DNA of 64,000 nucleotides from a virus. The position numbers and the translations under genes were made by a program. The notes under the pieces were generated by a model. The model did not search any database. It saw only the letters and a program-made list of their open reading frames with translations, and was not told the DNA's origin. The DNA lies in the IMG/VR virus record IMGVR_UViG_3300021365_000008, positions 15,656 through 79,655 of that record. The stretch is one strand, 5' to 3'. Positions 36,030-47,053 of the stretch are shown here, piece after piece. Position 1 is the stretch's first letter. The number at the start of each line of letters is the position of its first letter.

Positions 36030-37235
36030 ATGCATAATCTTATTACAACTATCGTGGTAGAAGCCCAAGATGGCTCCACTACTCAAGCAAACATTACAGC
36101 AACTACTGTGGCAGATTCTGCATCAAGCGGGAAATTGATGGTGCAGCGGGATGGTGCTTTTGCAGCAGGTAATCTTACAAACACTACTGCAGACCAACTA
36201 ATTAAGCTTAGTGGTGCTACTACGATGAGCAATGGAAGTGTATCTGTTATGGGATCTAGCGAGTTTAAGCTTGCAGATATTGCTGCCGCTCACTACCAAG
36301 CGGGCAATGCAGGTACTGCAGGTTCTTATTCTTTGGACTACGCTAGTGCAGTTGCTGTAGGAGGGCAATTGTTTTTGCGACTGGAGCGCCGTGATGGTAT
36401 TGGCACAAACGACAGCGAAACCTTTAGCGGAGAAACGTTGACGCAATTAAAGGCTGAGTTTGATGCACGTGTAGCCGCAGATTTATCTGAGTTCAGTAAT
36501 GTTAGCCTTACTATTGTCAGTGATGTTTTGCAATTAAGTGTTGCAGCTCAGGATAATAACTCTGATGTCTTGGTGAGCGCAAACGATGATGTGACTATTA
36601 CGCTGGGCAGTGCTATTGACAAGCGAGGATCTTTGACTCAAGCACAAGCTTTAGAGAAGTCTGGCTTTATTACACAAGGCGCATACAACCAGTATGGTTT
36701 TCCAATTGTGGTTCCGGAGACGTCTACTGCAGCTAATCAAGATTATGGTATCTATACTATTGAGCTGCGTAAAACAGTTGGCCGTCGCATTGTATTTGAA
36801 ACCATCAAGATTTTGATTGCAGATGACGAAGCAAACGGTCAAAAGACTGTAAATGCTATTCAAAACCTTCTCGGTCTTAATGTTGCTGATGTAACTGCAC
36901 CAACTGCTGTAACGAGCACTGCATTTGCATCTGATTCAGCTGGTACTGCTGCAAGCGAATTTAGCATTGCTGCTGCTGCTGACATCTTCGTTAAAGTAGC
37001 AGGAGCAGAAATAGGAGCTACTATCGCTATTACTATCGTGTCTAGTGGTAGTGAAGTAGATGTTACTGAATCCTTTACTGTTGCAACCGCAACAGAAACC
37101 TTCCAAATCGCTGCAGCTACTTCTGATTTGTATACAGAGAGTGTTACACTTACCGCTAAAGCTGTTTTGACAGATCCTGCTGGTAATGTAAGTGCTGCTG
37201 CAACAACTGAAGGAACTGCTACAATCGCCGCATAA
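36030..37235 (+). CDS. Auxiliary capsid protein-like with C-terminal Ig-like domain
   Basis: GYNQYGFP-like core; C-terminal DVTAPTA...AVLTDPAGNVS. Confidence 0.55.
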   Translation: MHNLITTIVVEAQDGSTTQANITATTVADSASSGKLMVQRDGAFAAGNLTNTTADQLIKLSGATTMSNGSVSVMGSSEFKLADIAAAHYQAGNAGTAGSYSLDYASAVAVGGQLFLRLERRDGIGTNDSETFSGETLTQLKAEFDARVAADLSEFSNVSLTIVSDVLQLSVAAQDNNSDVLVSANDDVTITLGSAIDKRGSLTQAQALEKSGFITQGAYNQYGFPIVVPETSTAANQDYGIYTIELRKTVGRRIVFETIKILIADDEANGQKTVNAIQNLLGLNVADVTAPTAVTSTAFASDSAGTAASEFSIAAAADIFVKVAGAEIGATIAITIVSSGSEVDVTESFTVATATETFQIAAATSDLYTESVTLTAKAVLTDPAGNVSAAATTEGTATIAA

Positions 37236-37255
37236 TCCCTTAATACTTAAATAAA

Positions 37256-38053
37256 ATGTCTTATACGAAAACCGTATTAGTGTCTAATGACGCTGCCGCC
37301 ACTTCCACCACCGCTGGTTCAGGCTTGTTGTTGCTTGCTGTAGATGATACCATGACCGCTAGTTCTTCTTGGGCTGCTGCTGTAGATACAAAGTCTTACC
37401 AGTTCTTTACTGGAGAAGGCTCTTCTATTCGCTTCCAAGGTGCAGATATCAAGAAAGCTGCGAACAAAGCATATGCCGCTGGTACCTCTCAAGTATTGCA
37501 GGTAACTCCTGTAATTCAATCTGATGGTTCTGCGTTTATCAAGTTGATTGATGTTACAGATGGCCGTGAAAAGTTTGCGATTGCTACTTTTGAAGCAGTT
37601 GGCGCAGCAAATAATGCTGCTGCTGTAGATCAGTTGGTACTTGCAATTAATGCTTCAACCCGAGACGTTTTTGCAGATGTTGAGGCTGCTGAAAATGGCT
37701 CTGACGCCACTATTATTGACATCACTATTCCTGTCGGTAAAATCTTCCGTGGTGCTTCAAATGATGCTTCATCTGCAGTGACTCAAAGCACAGCGCCTGT
37801 GTTGCCATTTGGTACGCCTGCTGAAGTAGACGCTGCTGTTCAAGCTGCATTGCCTATTCAAGGTGTAACCAACATCGCTGGTCCTAACGTAGTAAAGCCT
37901 GCAGCTGTAACTCCTGGTAAGACATACCAGGCTTTCTCTATTATGTTGGAGAAGACTGTAGGTATGCGTCAAGATGTACACGAGATTTTGATTTACATCC
38001 CTAGTGCGAATACTACGTTAAATGCGGACTTTGATACTCTCTTAGCATTGTAA
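37256..38053 (+). CDS. Second auxiliary capsid-like protein
   Basis: Ala/Thr-rich, high-expression codons; C-terminal motif similar to the upstream gene (ELRKTVG vs MLEKTVG). Confidence 0.55.
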   Translation: MSYTKTVLVSNDAAATSTTAGSGLLLLAVDDTMTASSSWAAAVDTKSYQFFTGEGSSIRFQGADIKKAANKAYAAGTSQVLQVTPVIQSDGSAFIKLIDVTDGREKFAIATFEAVGAANNAAAVDQLVLAINASTRDVFADVEAAENGSDATIIDITIPVGKIFRGASNDASSAVTQSTAPVLPFGTPAEVDAAVQAALPIQGVTNIAGPNVVKPAAVTPGKTYQAFSIMLEKTVGMRQDVHEILIYIPSANTTLNADFDTLLAL

Positions 38054-38066
38054 TACAGATTGAATA

Positions 38067-38624
38067 ATGGCTACAGGATACTGGCGCATACAAACTGTTG
38101 ATGGTAATTTCTATTTAACGGATCATTTACCAAACTCAACAGCACGTACTAACCTTACCGTTAGTATTGAGTGTGTTGGTGCGTATAATGAGGAAGCTCT
38201 CCTAACGGATGCAGCTGACGCAGGTACGCTTGGTAGCTATTCTTTGACTAACCCTTGGTCCTACCCACTGATTGTTGAACCGGCGGATGTAACAGCTGAA
38301 ACCGGTTTAACTTTCAGGGATGGGGTATACAAACTAGAAGTAGATTTCGATATCTCTTCTACTAACTACGCTTTTGCCGAGCATTTCTTACACATACCGG
38401 TAATTGACGCGTGTATATCAAAAAAGCTTGCAGACTATATTGCAAGTAGCTGTACGAAGTGTAAGGAAAAGAAACAGCTTGTCATTCTGCAAGAACTTGT
38501 GGTTTTGCGACAGGGTGCTCAGTTAGACATTAACGAAGGTCGCTATACTGAAGCAGCCAATAAGGTGACCTCTATGTCTAACATTTGTACAGGAACTGGG
38601 TGTTCTTGTATTTGCGGCTGCTAA
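38067..38624 (+). CDS. Tail hub-like structural protein
   Basis: DGVYKL motif, Cys-rich C-terminus (CTKCK, CSCICGC). Confidence 0.5.
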   Translation: MATGYWRIQTVDGNFYLTDHLPNSTARTNLTVSIECVGAYNEEALLTDAADAGTLGSYSLTNPWSYPLIVEPADVTAETGLTFRDGVYKLEVDFDISSTNYAFAEHFLHIPVIDACISKKLADYIASSCTKCKEKKQLVILQELVVLRQGAQLDINEGRYTEAANKVTSMSNICTGTGCSCICGC

Positions 38625-40306
38625 TTATGATTGTAAACTCTTCGAACTACGAGACTACTGCAGATTTTCTTTCCGCGTTAATTGACACGCTTAGTGAGGA
38701 CTCTGAAGTTTATTTGAACCGCATTAAGTATGACTTAGAGCGGACGTGTTTACGAGCGGATTACTTTGCAAATATTTTGCAGTATCAGCTAAACTCTTCT
38801 TTTCTTGATAGCTTTCCGTTCCCTGGGTTCGAAAACTATGTTTATCCAGACCCGTACTTTACAATTACTTATGTCAACGGGTTTGCTACTCAAGCGGATG
38901 CGGGTGCTCCAACTACATATTCCCCAGGTGTAACGGTAATAGCTATTGATATTATTCCTTTGAATTCTAATATTGTTATTTCTGGGCAAGAAATAACGCT
39001 CTATTTTGGGGATCAGGAATACACTGTTACCGCTGATGGTAACAATACCGCGTCATTTAGTTTTACTGTGCCAGCCTCAGTAACTGGCAATATTACAGTT
39101 ACGTCCGCGTTGACGAACACAGCGTCAAATAGTGTGGCCTTCGGGTACCATGCATTGACGATTGATACAACTACGTATACATTGCAGCCAGATTCAACAT
39201 ATGGCATTACGTTATATGAGTCTAATGACGGTTCGCAATTTGGAATAGGAGATGCTGATAAAAACGGCATAGTTTCGCAATTTGACTTACTAAATGGGTT
39301 GACTATTTATGCGACGTCATTCAGAAATAAATTTACCAATTTTGCCACTGTTACATTAGGTAATACATACTACTACCAAGGTGTAAATGGTAGTATCCCG
39401 TTTACCGTTACACCAACTGGCACCGCATATACTTTTGGGACTAACAGCGAAGGGTCTGCGAAAACCTTAGATAAGGTAGAGTGGCGATTTGTGGTTCACG
39501 ACAGTGATGGCACTCCAAACATAGCATCTAATTCTAGTGGGTTACAGACATATGCTCCTACAGCACAAGACTTAAATGCAGATGGTTCTTTTTCGGGAAC
39601 CCTGCCTATATCTGCGGATTTCAATAATCCAATATTAATTATTGCGTCTATTGATAATGCCTTTAATACAGCTAGTATCGGGCGACATAGTGCAATCGGT
39701 ACAACTGCTTCAATAACGAATAATGCCTCCTTTAATGAAGGAGAAAATATCACTATAACATTTGCTGATGATTCTAGTAATGATGTAGTTGCTACCGGTA
39801 GCTTCATTCAGATTGATTCTTATGCAACCAGCGACCTTGAGCTAGGTGGGGATGCTGTGCAAACAGACAGTGCACTTGTAGGCGAAAATAATGCTGTAGA
39901 AAAGATTATTTCACTGCCAGATGGGTATGACAAAGACGTGTATTTCAAAACGTCTTACCTCAGCTTTACGCCAAAAAATGCAGTGTTTATTTCATTTGAA
40001 AATGACACAGGTACAGTAGACTATGATACTTTGGGTGTGACCGCTGCATATCAAATTAATAGCGCAAACGATCAGTACTATACCGCAGATGATGATACGA
40101 TTACATTGAATCTCACATTCCCAAATACAGTTACTCTTTCCGACTATACAATAAACATTTATGCTGCAGAGGTAAGTGCTCCCAGCAATGTATTCGTAGT
40201 AACTAGTAGTACAACTCCAGTAAATTCTTACGATATTACACCTGTAAGTGGTTCTCTTACGGGTACAGATTCTATAAGATTCCGAATATTTATTTACGAA
40301 GCATAA
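38585..40306 (+). CDS. Hub/fibre protein with Ig-like repeats and a dockerin-like loop
   Basis: Helical N-terminus, Thr/Ser-rich beta domains, GDADKNGIVSQFDLL. Confidence 0.55.
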   Translation: MYRNWVFLYLRLLIMIVNSSNYETTADFLSALIDTLSEDSEVYLNRIKYDLERTCLRADYFANILQYQLNSSFLDSFPFPGFENYVYPDPYFTITYVNGFATQADAGAPTTYSPGVTVIAIDIIPLNSNIVISGQEITLYFGDQEYTVTADGNNTASFSFTVPASVTGNITVTSALTNTASNSVAFGYHALTIDTTTYTLQPDSTYGITLYESNDGSQFGIGDADKNGIVSQFDLLNGLTIYATSFRNKFTNFATVTLGNTYYYQGVNGSIPFTVTPTGTAYTFGTNSEGSAKTLDKVEWRFVVHDSDGTPNIASNSSGLQTYAPTAQDLNADGSFSGTLPISADFNNPILIIASIDNAFNTASIGRHSAIGTTASITNNASFNEGENITITFADDSSNDVVATGSFIQIDSYATSDLELGGDAVQTDSALVGENNAVEKIISLPDGYDKDVYFKTSYLSFTPKNAVFISFENDTGTVDYDTLGVTAAYQINSANDQYYTADDDTITLNLTFPNTVTLSDYTINIYAAEVSAPSNVFVVTSSTTPVNSYDITPVSGSLTGTDSIRFRIFIYEA

Positions 40307-40312
40307 TGTAAA

Positions 40313-41545
40313 ATGGATAACTCAATACAGGAACTCGTACGTCAATATGTAAAATCATGTGGCGATATGAGTGACCGGGCGTTAGCGTCTTTGATACTAG
40401 AAGATAATGACGAAATTGAGTATTCCCATCGTACAATTAGGCGACATATAGCTAAGTGTAGAACGCAAAAGAAAGAAGAAGTACGTGATAGCAATGCAAA
40501 CACTGCAGTGTATACGTACAAAGGTCAAAAAGAGATTCATACATTATCTGATGCTCTAGAATACTTCAAAGTTGATGTAGAGCAGTGGGAAGTAGATCGC
40601 TATTCTTGTAACAGCTGGGAAGCTCAAACAAAGACCGGTACAGTTACTTTGTACCAAGTAAAGCTGCAACTTAAACGACGGCAGCAATCTGTCGATGTAC
40701 GCGATGTTCTTGAGGAGCTACGTGAGACATTAGATGGATTTACCATCAATAGGAAAGCTGGAAGTAATACTGCTGTATTAGCTTTGTCCGATTTTCATAT
40801 TGGCGCAAAGGTTCAGGCAATGGGGAACACCCCTGCGTTTGACGTCAAAACCGTTGTACGCCGATTACAGGAAGTCGCTAGCTGTATTAACCAAGAGAAC
40901 TATGATGAGGTATATGTTTGTTTATTGGGTGATTTCATTGAAAGCTTTACTGGAATCAACCATCAGACGACTTGGCAGGAACTCGAATACGGTGCCCACG
41001 GTACTAATGTTGTTATCCTGGCTTACACTATTATTCGTCGTTTTCTCACTTCATTAGATAATGTGTGTGGGGTTTACATTGTCAGTGGCAACCACGACCG
41101 CGTCAGTCAAAAGATTGAAGGAGACCCCTACGGGTCTGTAGCAGGGTTACTAGCATTTATGCTGCGAGAAAACACACCGTTGGATGTTAGGCATAATGCA
41201 GTACTTTTGGGAGTAGAGATTGACAGCATATACTATGTCTTAACGCACAACCATCAGGGTATAGCTAAAGGTGACATAGGCAAAGTTTTCTGGGAGCATG
41301 GGCGTCAAGGCGTGTATAACGTAATGCTTGGCGGACATTGGCATGCAAGGAAAGGAAAGCGCGTTTACCGAACTATTGAAGAAAAGCAAGTAGATCAAGC
41401 AAACTATCGACAGCTGTCTGTAGCTCCTTTATTTACTGGCAACTTTTATAGTGAAAGCAACGGCTGGAATAGTTCAGCTGGTTATACCGTAATTATCAAT
41501 AACGGACAGGGGAAACCCAATGTCTTTGAATATGTGCTATCATAA
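40313..41545 (+). CDS. Calcineurin-like metallophosphoesterase with N-terminal HTH
   Basis: LSDFHIG, LLGD, GNHD, THNH, GGHWH. Confidence 0.88.
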   Translation: MDNSIQELVRQYVKSCGDMSDRALASLILEDNDEIEYSHRTIRRHIAKCRTQKKEEVRDSNANTAVYTYKGQKEIHTLSDALEYFKVDVEQWEVDRYSCNSWEAQTKTGTVTLYQVKLQLKRRQQSVDVRDVLEELRETLDGFTINRKAGSNTAVLALSDFHIGAKVQAMGNTPAFDVKTVVRRLQEVASCINQENYDEVYVCLLGDFIESFTGINHQTTWQELEYGAHGTNVVILAYTIIRRFLTSLDNVCGVYIVSGNHDRVSQKIEGDPYGSVAGLLAFMLRENTPLDVRHNAVLLGVEIDSIYYVLTHNHQGIAKGDIGKVFWEHGRQGVYNVMLGGHWHARKGKRVYRTIEEKQVDQANYRQLSVAPLFTGNFYSESNGWNSSAGYTVIINNGQGKPNVFEYVLS

Positions 41546-41928
41546 TGGCTGCAGGCAAGTACAATTTTATTATTGAGCAAGGTTCACAGCATGAAGTGAG
41601 CTTTCGTTACAAGCTCGCTAATGGTAACTACCAATCCTTAACTGGTTACCGGGTAAGAATGTCTGTAAAAGATCACATTACAGATACGACTTATGTTTAT
41701 CGGGCAACTAGCGACTCTACCGCAGATAGCGGCTATGCACAAGACTTTACTATACCTACGCAAACCGGAAGTGATGAGGGCGTATTTACGCTAACTATTG
41801 CAGATAGCACAACAACCAATTTTACGTTCAACCAGGGTGTGTATGATTTAGAGCTTGTAGACTCTGGGGATAATGTAGAACGGCTACTAGAGGGTAAGTT
41901 TAAAATCAAACCGCAAGTGTCCGAGTAA
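41545..41928 (+). CDS. BppU-like fibre adaptor domain protein
   Basis: AGKYNFIIEQG...GVYDLELVD...RLLEGKF. Confidence 0.65.
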   Translation: MAAGKYNFIIEQGSQHEVSFRYKLANGNYQSLTGYRVRMSVKDHITDTTYVYRATSDSTADSGYAQDFTIPTQTGSDEGVFTLTIADSTTTNFTFNQGVYDLELVDSGDNVERLLEGKFKIKPQVSE

Positions 41929-42941
41929 TGCCTGCTCAAGTAATTATAACTGAACCGGCGCGTAATGTAGTAGAGATTCACTCTACTACAAATTCTGTTA
42001 CTGTTACTGAAAAAAAGAATACAGTAACGGTAAATGCTCTTACGCGAGCAGTAGGTAATGCTACTATTAGTGGAGCTATTGATGTTACGAACACCATTGG
42101 AGATGCGTTATCCGGAGGAACATATAGTGCGGGCACGACTCTTGAAACTATTGTACGAGACTTAATTAGTCCTTTCTTTGAGCCTACGTTTGCGGCGATT
42201 AGCTGGTCTGCTACAGGTGCTGCACAATCAGATGGAGAGTCGCTCTTGATTGAGTGCGGGTTACAGCCAACAATATCTTCAATCAATATTACCTGGTCTA
42301 ATCCTGAAAATGTTGATCCGGCTACCGATGTCACGGTTACCGATTTGACAGTTCAACCTAATCAAACATTCACCTTTGATATTGATGAGCTGTCGGCTAA
42401 CGATATGCCGTATAACGCGCAGTTAAACTATACACCCTCGGGATTAATTGTGCCAGCAACGCGCAGTTTCGTTATTACAGCGGCATACTTAGGAAATGAT
42501 GGTAACAGCGCTGCGATTTCTTTTACAAAGAATGTGTACGCTTATTACCGTCATCGTATGTATGTAATATCGTCTCCGGCATCTACTATTTCAGGAATGT
42601 CTTCACTGTTAAATAGTGCAGTAAGTACTCCATTGAGTACCCTGTCTTTGGCTCCATCTGGCACCAATAGTATTACTGTAAACTGCGATACAGGCACTGC
42701 AAATACCTCTAACTATACTTGGATTTTAATTCCAAGTGCTGCAACTTTGTCTGAGGTGACGGCTGAGGTCGGTGGGGTCGGTGTAGCGGATTACACAGAA
42801 AGCTTTATTGAAAGCAACAACGGAGGTAACTACTATAGTTACATAGTAGGTACAGCAAGCCCTACTTACAAAGTTTATCGAAGCAATCAAACCGGGGCGT
42901 TTGATTCAGACGTTGCATTAAAACTTACAATTACCCACTGA
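41928..42941 (+). CDS. Tail fibre-associated protein
   Basis: Thr/Ser-rich, GTTLETIVRDLI motif, located in the fibre cluster. Confidence 0.65.
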   Translation: MPAQVIITEPARNVVEIHSTTNSVTVTEKKNTVTVNALTRAVGNATISGAIDVTNTIGDALSGGTYSAGTTLETIVRDLISPFFEPTFAAISWSATGAAQSDGESLLIECGLQPTISSINITWSNPENVDPATDVTVTDLTVQPNQTFTFDIDELSANDMPYNAQLNYTPSGLIVPATRSFVITAAYLGNDGNSAAISFTKNVYAYYRHRMYVISSPASTISGMSSLLNSAVSTPLSTLSLAPSGTNSITVNCDTGTANTSNYTWILIPSAATLSEVTAEVGGVGVADYTESFIESNNGGNYYSYIVGTASPTYKVYRSNQTGAFDSDVALKLTITH

Positions 42942-42942
42942 T

Positions 42943-44991
42943 ATGGCGATTAAATTTGGCGATACTCTGGAGAACCAGAACACGGACTATCCAATTGTTG
43001 ACGGTACTGCAAATGACGTTAAAGGAGTTATTTATGTATCTACATGGTCACAACAGCAATTACAGAATGTGCCTATTAATAAGCGAGCAGAAGGTACCAT
43101 TGCTGTGGCTAAGGATACTGGAGCATTGTATGTGTATACCAGTTCTACGCTCACCAACGGCACGAATCAATGGGATGATCACGATGGAACGTCTTGGCAA
43201 GAACAAGCTGGTGGAGGTAGCGGATTGTTAGGCGCACCGTCTGATTCCAGTTGGACTGCGGACAGCCCTGCGGTCACGTTGAGTGACACTACTACAATAG
43301 CTGATGCTATCGATTTATTAAATGAGACTCTTGGGGCACTAGTACCTACTGCGCCTAAAACTCTTGCAACTCAGATTCAAGGGGCAGGGAATGATTTTGC
43401 AGTCGGAAATTTTTTCGATTTTGGCACGCAGCTACAAAATAAAACAACGTCGAATGCAGACGCAAACGGCATAAGTGGCGCCCCTTCTGCAGGCACTACA
43501 GTTGATTATATTACGAGTTCAACTATTTCGACATTTTCGGTTGATATAGACCCTACAAATGATTGTAGTGTTGAAGCAGCTAAACTTGTTTTGTTAGGTC
43601 AGGGATCAGATATAACTGTTGATTTGGCTGCTGTTGATAGTACAGCTACAACAAGTTCATTAACACTGTCGAAAACTACAGGCGGGTTTCCAACATCAGG
43701 GGACTCTGCGAATTTCTACACAGGCATCAGTTCTTTTGCATATGCTTTTTCAGGTACGTTAGACACGGGATATCACAAACTAACTTTTAGTGATGCTAGT
43801 GTATCTCAGTCTGTTACAAAAGAATTTTGGTATCAACCTGATGCTGCTAATATTCTTGCAACTAATACATTGGTTAATACGAGTACTCTCAATGAAGACA
43901 CTAATTTTGCTTATTACTACAGTAGCGGTCTAAAATACTTAGGTAATACAAACTTTAGTATGCCAATTACTGCAACAGTAAACAACATTGTTCCTTCAGG
44001 TGTAAGCTTATATGGAGCGGTAGCAGATAGTCCTACAAATTACAATTTTGCAGTAGGTGAAGCGAGCGCTCCTTTTGCAGCCGGACCAACACTGCAGTAT
44101 GATGATCATCCAGATGTTACATCTAATACGAGTGTTTCTGCAGGTTTGGCAGCATATAGTATGTCTGAAAATGTTTCAATGGGTTCTTATACTGGTCTTT
44201 ATGTAGTGGGTTCTACCGCGAAGCCTAAGTATGATTTTAAGTCTATGTATGGTAACGCTGACAATGTCTCGTTTTCAGGAACTGGAAAAGTATTACTTAT
44301 ATGGGCAAGTAGAACTCAAAGTGATTCAAATCTGTATGTTCTTGAGGACGACATTTACTCCGGTATTAATGGTAATGGTGAACGTGTGGGAGAAACAAGT
44401 AGCGAATCGTACACGGATAATCCAGATGGTGCAGTAGGTACTTGGGGAGCGTGGAGCAATCAATACGGTAATGGTACTTCAGGTCTATCATTAGATGCTC
44501 AAGATGCGATTGTTTTGTACACTGGGCTGAATCACAGTACATCTGATTTCAGTGCTGTGCAAATTCCATCTCAAGTAGGTGGCACAAATTTGACTTCTCG
44601 TAATAGTAGTACTGCTCAGTATTGTACTTGGAAAATTCCGTTGAATACAAGTAATCCTGCGCAAAAAATAAAAATCAAGGTAAAGGGCACGTTTACTGGA
44701 TTTTGGGTTAAGCAATACGATACGTCTGCAGGTAACGCAAGTTTAGAAAGTGCCAATTCTGCAACTGACGGTTGGCTGGACTGTATGGCTCAAGCATCTC
44801 AAACTGATGCTAATGGGGTACAAGTAGACGGGTGTGGTGATGGCGATTCCTTTGATGGGAACCACAGCACGTTAAAAACGCTGACCATTACTGCGGGAAC
44901 AGGTGCTTGGGGTAATGGCAGTCATCTTTATGTGCGCATCAAACAAGCAGCTTCCGAGCAAATCCAACAGCTTGGATTCTTTACAAACTAA
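42943..44991 (+). CDS. Tail fibre/spike protein
   Basis: 682 aa, S/T/G/N-rich; N-terminus MAIKFGDTLEN. Confidence 0.7.
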   Translation: MAIKFGDTLENQNTDYPIVDGTANDVKGVIYVSTWSQQQLQNVPINKRAEGTIAVAKDTGALYVYTSSTLTNGTNQWDDHDGTSWQEQAGGGSGLLGAPSDSSWTADSPAVTLSDTTTIADAIDLLNETLGALVPTAPKTLATQIQGAGNDFAVGNFFDFGTQLQNKTTSNADANGISGAPSAGTTVDYITSSTISTFSVDIDPTNDCSVEAAKLVLLGQGSDITVDLAAVDSTATTSSLTLSKTTGGFPTSGDSANFYTGISSFAYAFSGTLDTGYHKLTFSDASVSQSVTKEFWYQPDAANILATNTLVNTSTLNEDTNFAYYYSSGLKYLGNTNFSMPITATVNNIVPSGVSLYGAVADSPTNYNFAVGEASAPFAAGPTLQYDDHPDVTSNTSVSAGLAAYSMSENVSMGSYTGLYVVGSTAKPKYDFKSMYGNADNVSFSGTGKVLLIWASRTQSDSNLYVLEDDIYSGINGNGERVGETSSESYTDNPDGAVGTWGAWSNQYGNGTSGLSLDAQDAIVLYTGLNHSTSDFSAVQIPSQVGGTNLTSRNSSTAQYCTWKIPLNTSNPAQKIKIKVKGTFTGFWVKQYDTSAGNASLESANSATDGWLDCMAQASQTDANGVQVDGCGDGDSFDGNHSTLKTLTITAGTGAWGNGSHLYVRIKQAASEQIQQLGFFTN

Positions 44992-45021
44992 TTTATGAAT
45001 TCCCATTAATACTCTTACGCT

Positions 45022-47019
45022 ATGTCATTTTCAATTGAGGAAAAAGTAGACTTACTGTTAAAGAAAGTCGCCTTTGGGAAAACTAAGACTGATACTTCCG
45101 AAAACCGCGATGGATTTGGGGAATCTATTGCGTCACCTTTATTACTTCGAGGCGATAAGGTATGGAAGGATGCAGGCAGTATTCCAGCTACACCGCCATC
45201 TACGACAACCTCAATTGTTGGTGTATATACTGGTTCTGCCGTTGTGGAATGTGAGGCTGCTTCTACTAGTACAGATACTAATATTAGTCAGTTCAAGCGA
45301 GCATGGCAATGTGTAGATGGTAGTAGCAATCCTTTAACTGACTGGATACCTTCTGAGTTTAGTGGTTTGTATACCGTAGAGCTTTATGTAGGCCCTAGCG
45401 GTTGGAATGGTGAGGACGCTACTGCAACATCTATTGGAGGCACTAATGGAAGTGGTACAGGTGCTAGTGTTTTCCGCGTTAATCCTGGAGTTGCTTCTGC
45501 TACTTGGTTTTTTGATTATCAGGCCGGTATTCTGTACTGGGCAAATGAAGACGAAACTGGGACTTTAGGAGGGTCGGAAGCATTAACCAGTAGCATTGCA
45601 GGTACTGATGTAGTATACATTAAGGGGTACCGCTATGTTGGCGGGTTTGGTGTAGGTAGCGCATTAGCCGCTGCTACCGATTCGGTTTTAGGCGGACTGA
45701 AGTTGTTCGATGCTACTACGCAGACTACAGCGGCTGAAAGCGTTTCAACTACCTCAAACCGGACATATGGTATTCAGTTCAATGGTAATGGACAAGCGGT
45801 TGTAAACGTTCCATGGGTAGACACGAATACTACTGATCACGATGCGGTTTCATCTACCGAGAGTAATGCCGTAAGCTTTGTTAGCTTCAATTCTGGCACT
45901 CAAGCTTTTACTTTTGACCAGGTTGACTTAGAGACTGATGTAACAGGCACGTTGCCGGTAGCTAACGGCGGTACTGGATTAACGGCTATCACTAGTCTTT
46001 TAAATTCTAACACGTCAGCAAATGATGTAGGTTTAGATCAAGTGGAGAATGCGGCTGCTAGTGGTTTATATGTTGCTCTAGCCGGAGGTTCTACAATTGC
46101 AGGAGCTACGCCCTTGATATTTGAAGGTGCAACAGATAATGTGTATGAAACATCACTGGCGGTTACTGATCCTACTGCAGATCGCACAATTACATTGCCT
46201 AATGCTACAGGCACGGTAGCTTTACTAGAAAATGACCTTGGTGATTTTGCAACTACCACATCTTCAGCACTTGCGAGTGTTATCAGTGATGGAACCGGTA
46301 CCGGGTCTTTGGTGTTCTCTCTAAGTCCGTCATTTACAGGTACGGTGACTGCTGCGGATGTTTCTATTACTGGCTCTCTCACAGTGCAAGGAGACTTTGT
46401 ATCTACAACGTCTACTGTTGTACAATTTGAAGACACTTACCTCGACTTAAATGTGTCTGGAACAGGAAACAATGATTATACCACTAACTCAGGATTACAC
46501 TTTGGGCGGAGTACTGGTGCAGCAGATACTTTAGATGGGTATGCAGCTTTTCACTATGATGGCACTAATGACGTGTTCAAGTTTACACGCTATACGGATA
46601 GCACAACCGGTGCAATTGCTTCTGCTGATAACGTCAAGTCATTGAAGTTTACGAAATCTGATACTGTAAGCCCGACTAGTCAGGGTAACGGTGATAACTC
46701 TTCTACTGATACAGAATATGCAAACGAAAGCTCTACACGTTCTTTAGGAGCGGTTGCAAAATGCCGTATTACAATATCTACTTGGGCAACAGACGGTGGC
46801 TCCTCTGAAAACTATGCTCCTGAAATTGGAGCATTAAATGGCTATGTTGTACAGCACAATTTAAATACACAAAGTGTTTATGTAGTCGCCATTAAAGACC
46901 CGCTCAATACACCAATACCGGTATACTGCAAATATGAAATCATAGATGGTGATTCTATTCGAGTAACTGTAGGACAAACTACAGAGAATGAGGTATACGA
47001 CATTATTGTCATAGGCTAA
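45022..47019 (+). CDS. Tail fibre protein
   Basis: GTLPVANGGTG, DRTITLPNATGT, SPSFTG fibre motifs; C-terminal VQHNLNT. Confidence 0.75.
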   Translation: MSFSIEEKVDLLLKKVAFGKTKTDTSENRDGFGESIASPLLLRGDKVWKDAGSIPATPPSTTTSIVGVYTGSAVVECEAASTSTDTNISQFKRAWQCVDGSSNPLTDWIPSEFSGLYTVELYVGPSGWNGEDATATSIGGTNGSGTGASVFRVNPGVASATWFFDYQAGILYWANEDETGTLGGSEALTSSIAGTDVVYIKGYRYVGGFGVGSALAAATDSVLGGLKLFDATTQTTAAESVSTTSNRTYGIQFNGNGQAVVNVPWVDTNTTDHDAVSSTESNAVSFVSFNSGTQAFTFDQVDLETDVTGTLPVANGGTGLTAITSLLNSNTSANDVGLDQVENAAASGLYVALAGGSTIAGATPLIFEGATDNVYETSLAVTDPTADRTITLPNATGTVALLENDLGDFATTTSSALASVISDGTGTGSLVFSLSPSFTGTVTAADVSITGSLTVQGDFVSTTSTVVQFEDTYLDLNVSGTGNNDYTTNSGLHFGRSTGAADTLDGYAAFHYDGTNDVFKFTRYTDSTTGAIASADNVKSLKFTKSDTVSPTSQGNGDNSSTDTEYANESSTRSLGAVAKCRITISTWATDGGSSENYAPEIGALNGYVVQHNLNTQSVYVVAIKDPLNTPIPVYCKYEIIDGDSIRVTVGQTTENEVYDIIVIG

Positions 47020-47024
47020 TTGCC

Positions 47025-47032
47025 TATATTTG
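47025..47032 (+). promoter_or_regulatory. Bacteroidota -7 box
   Basis: TATATTTG in a 34-nt intergenic gap. Confidence 0.5.
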
Positions 47033-47053
47033 AGTCATTAAAATTTTAATCTT

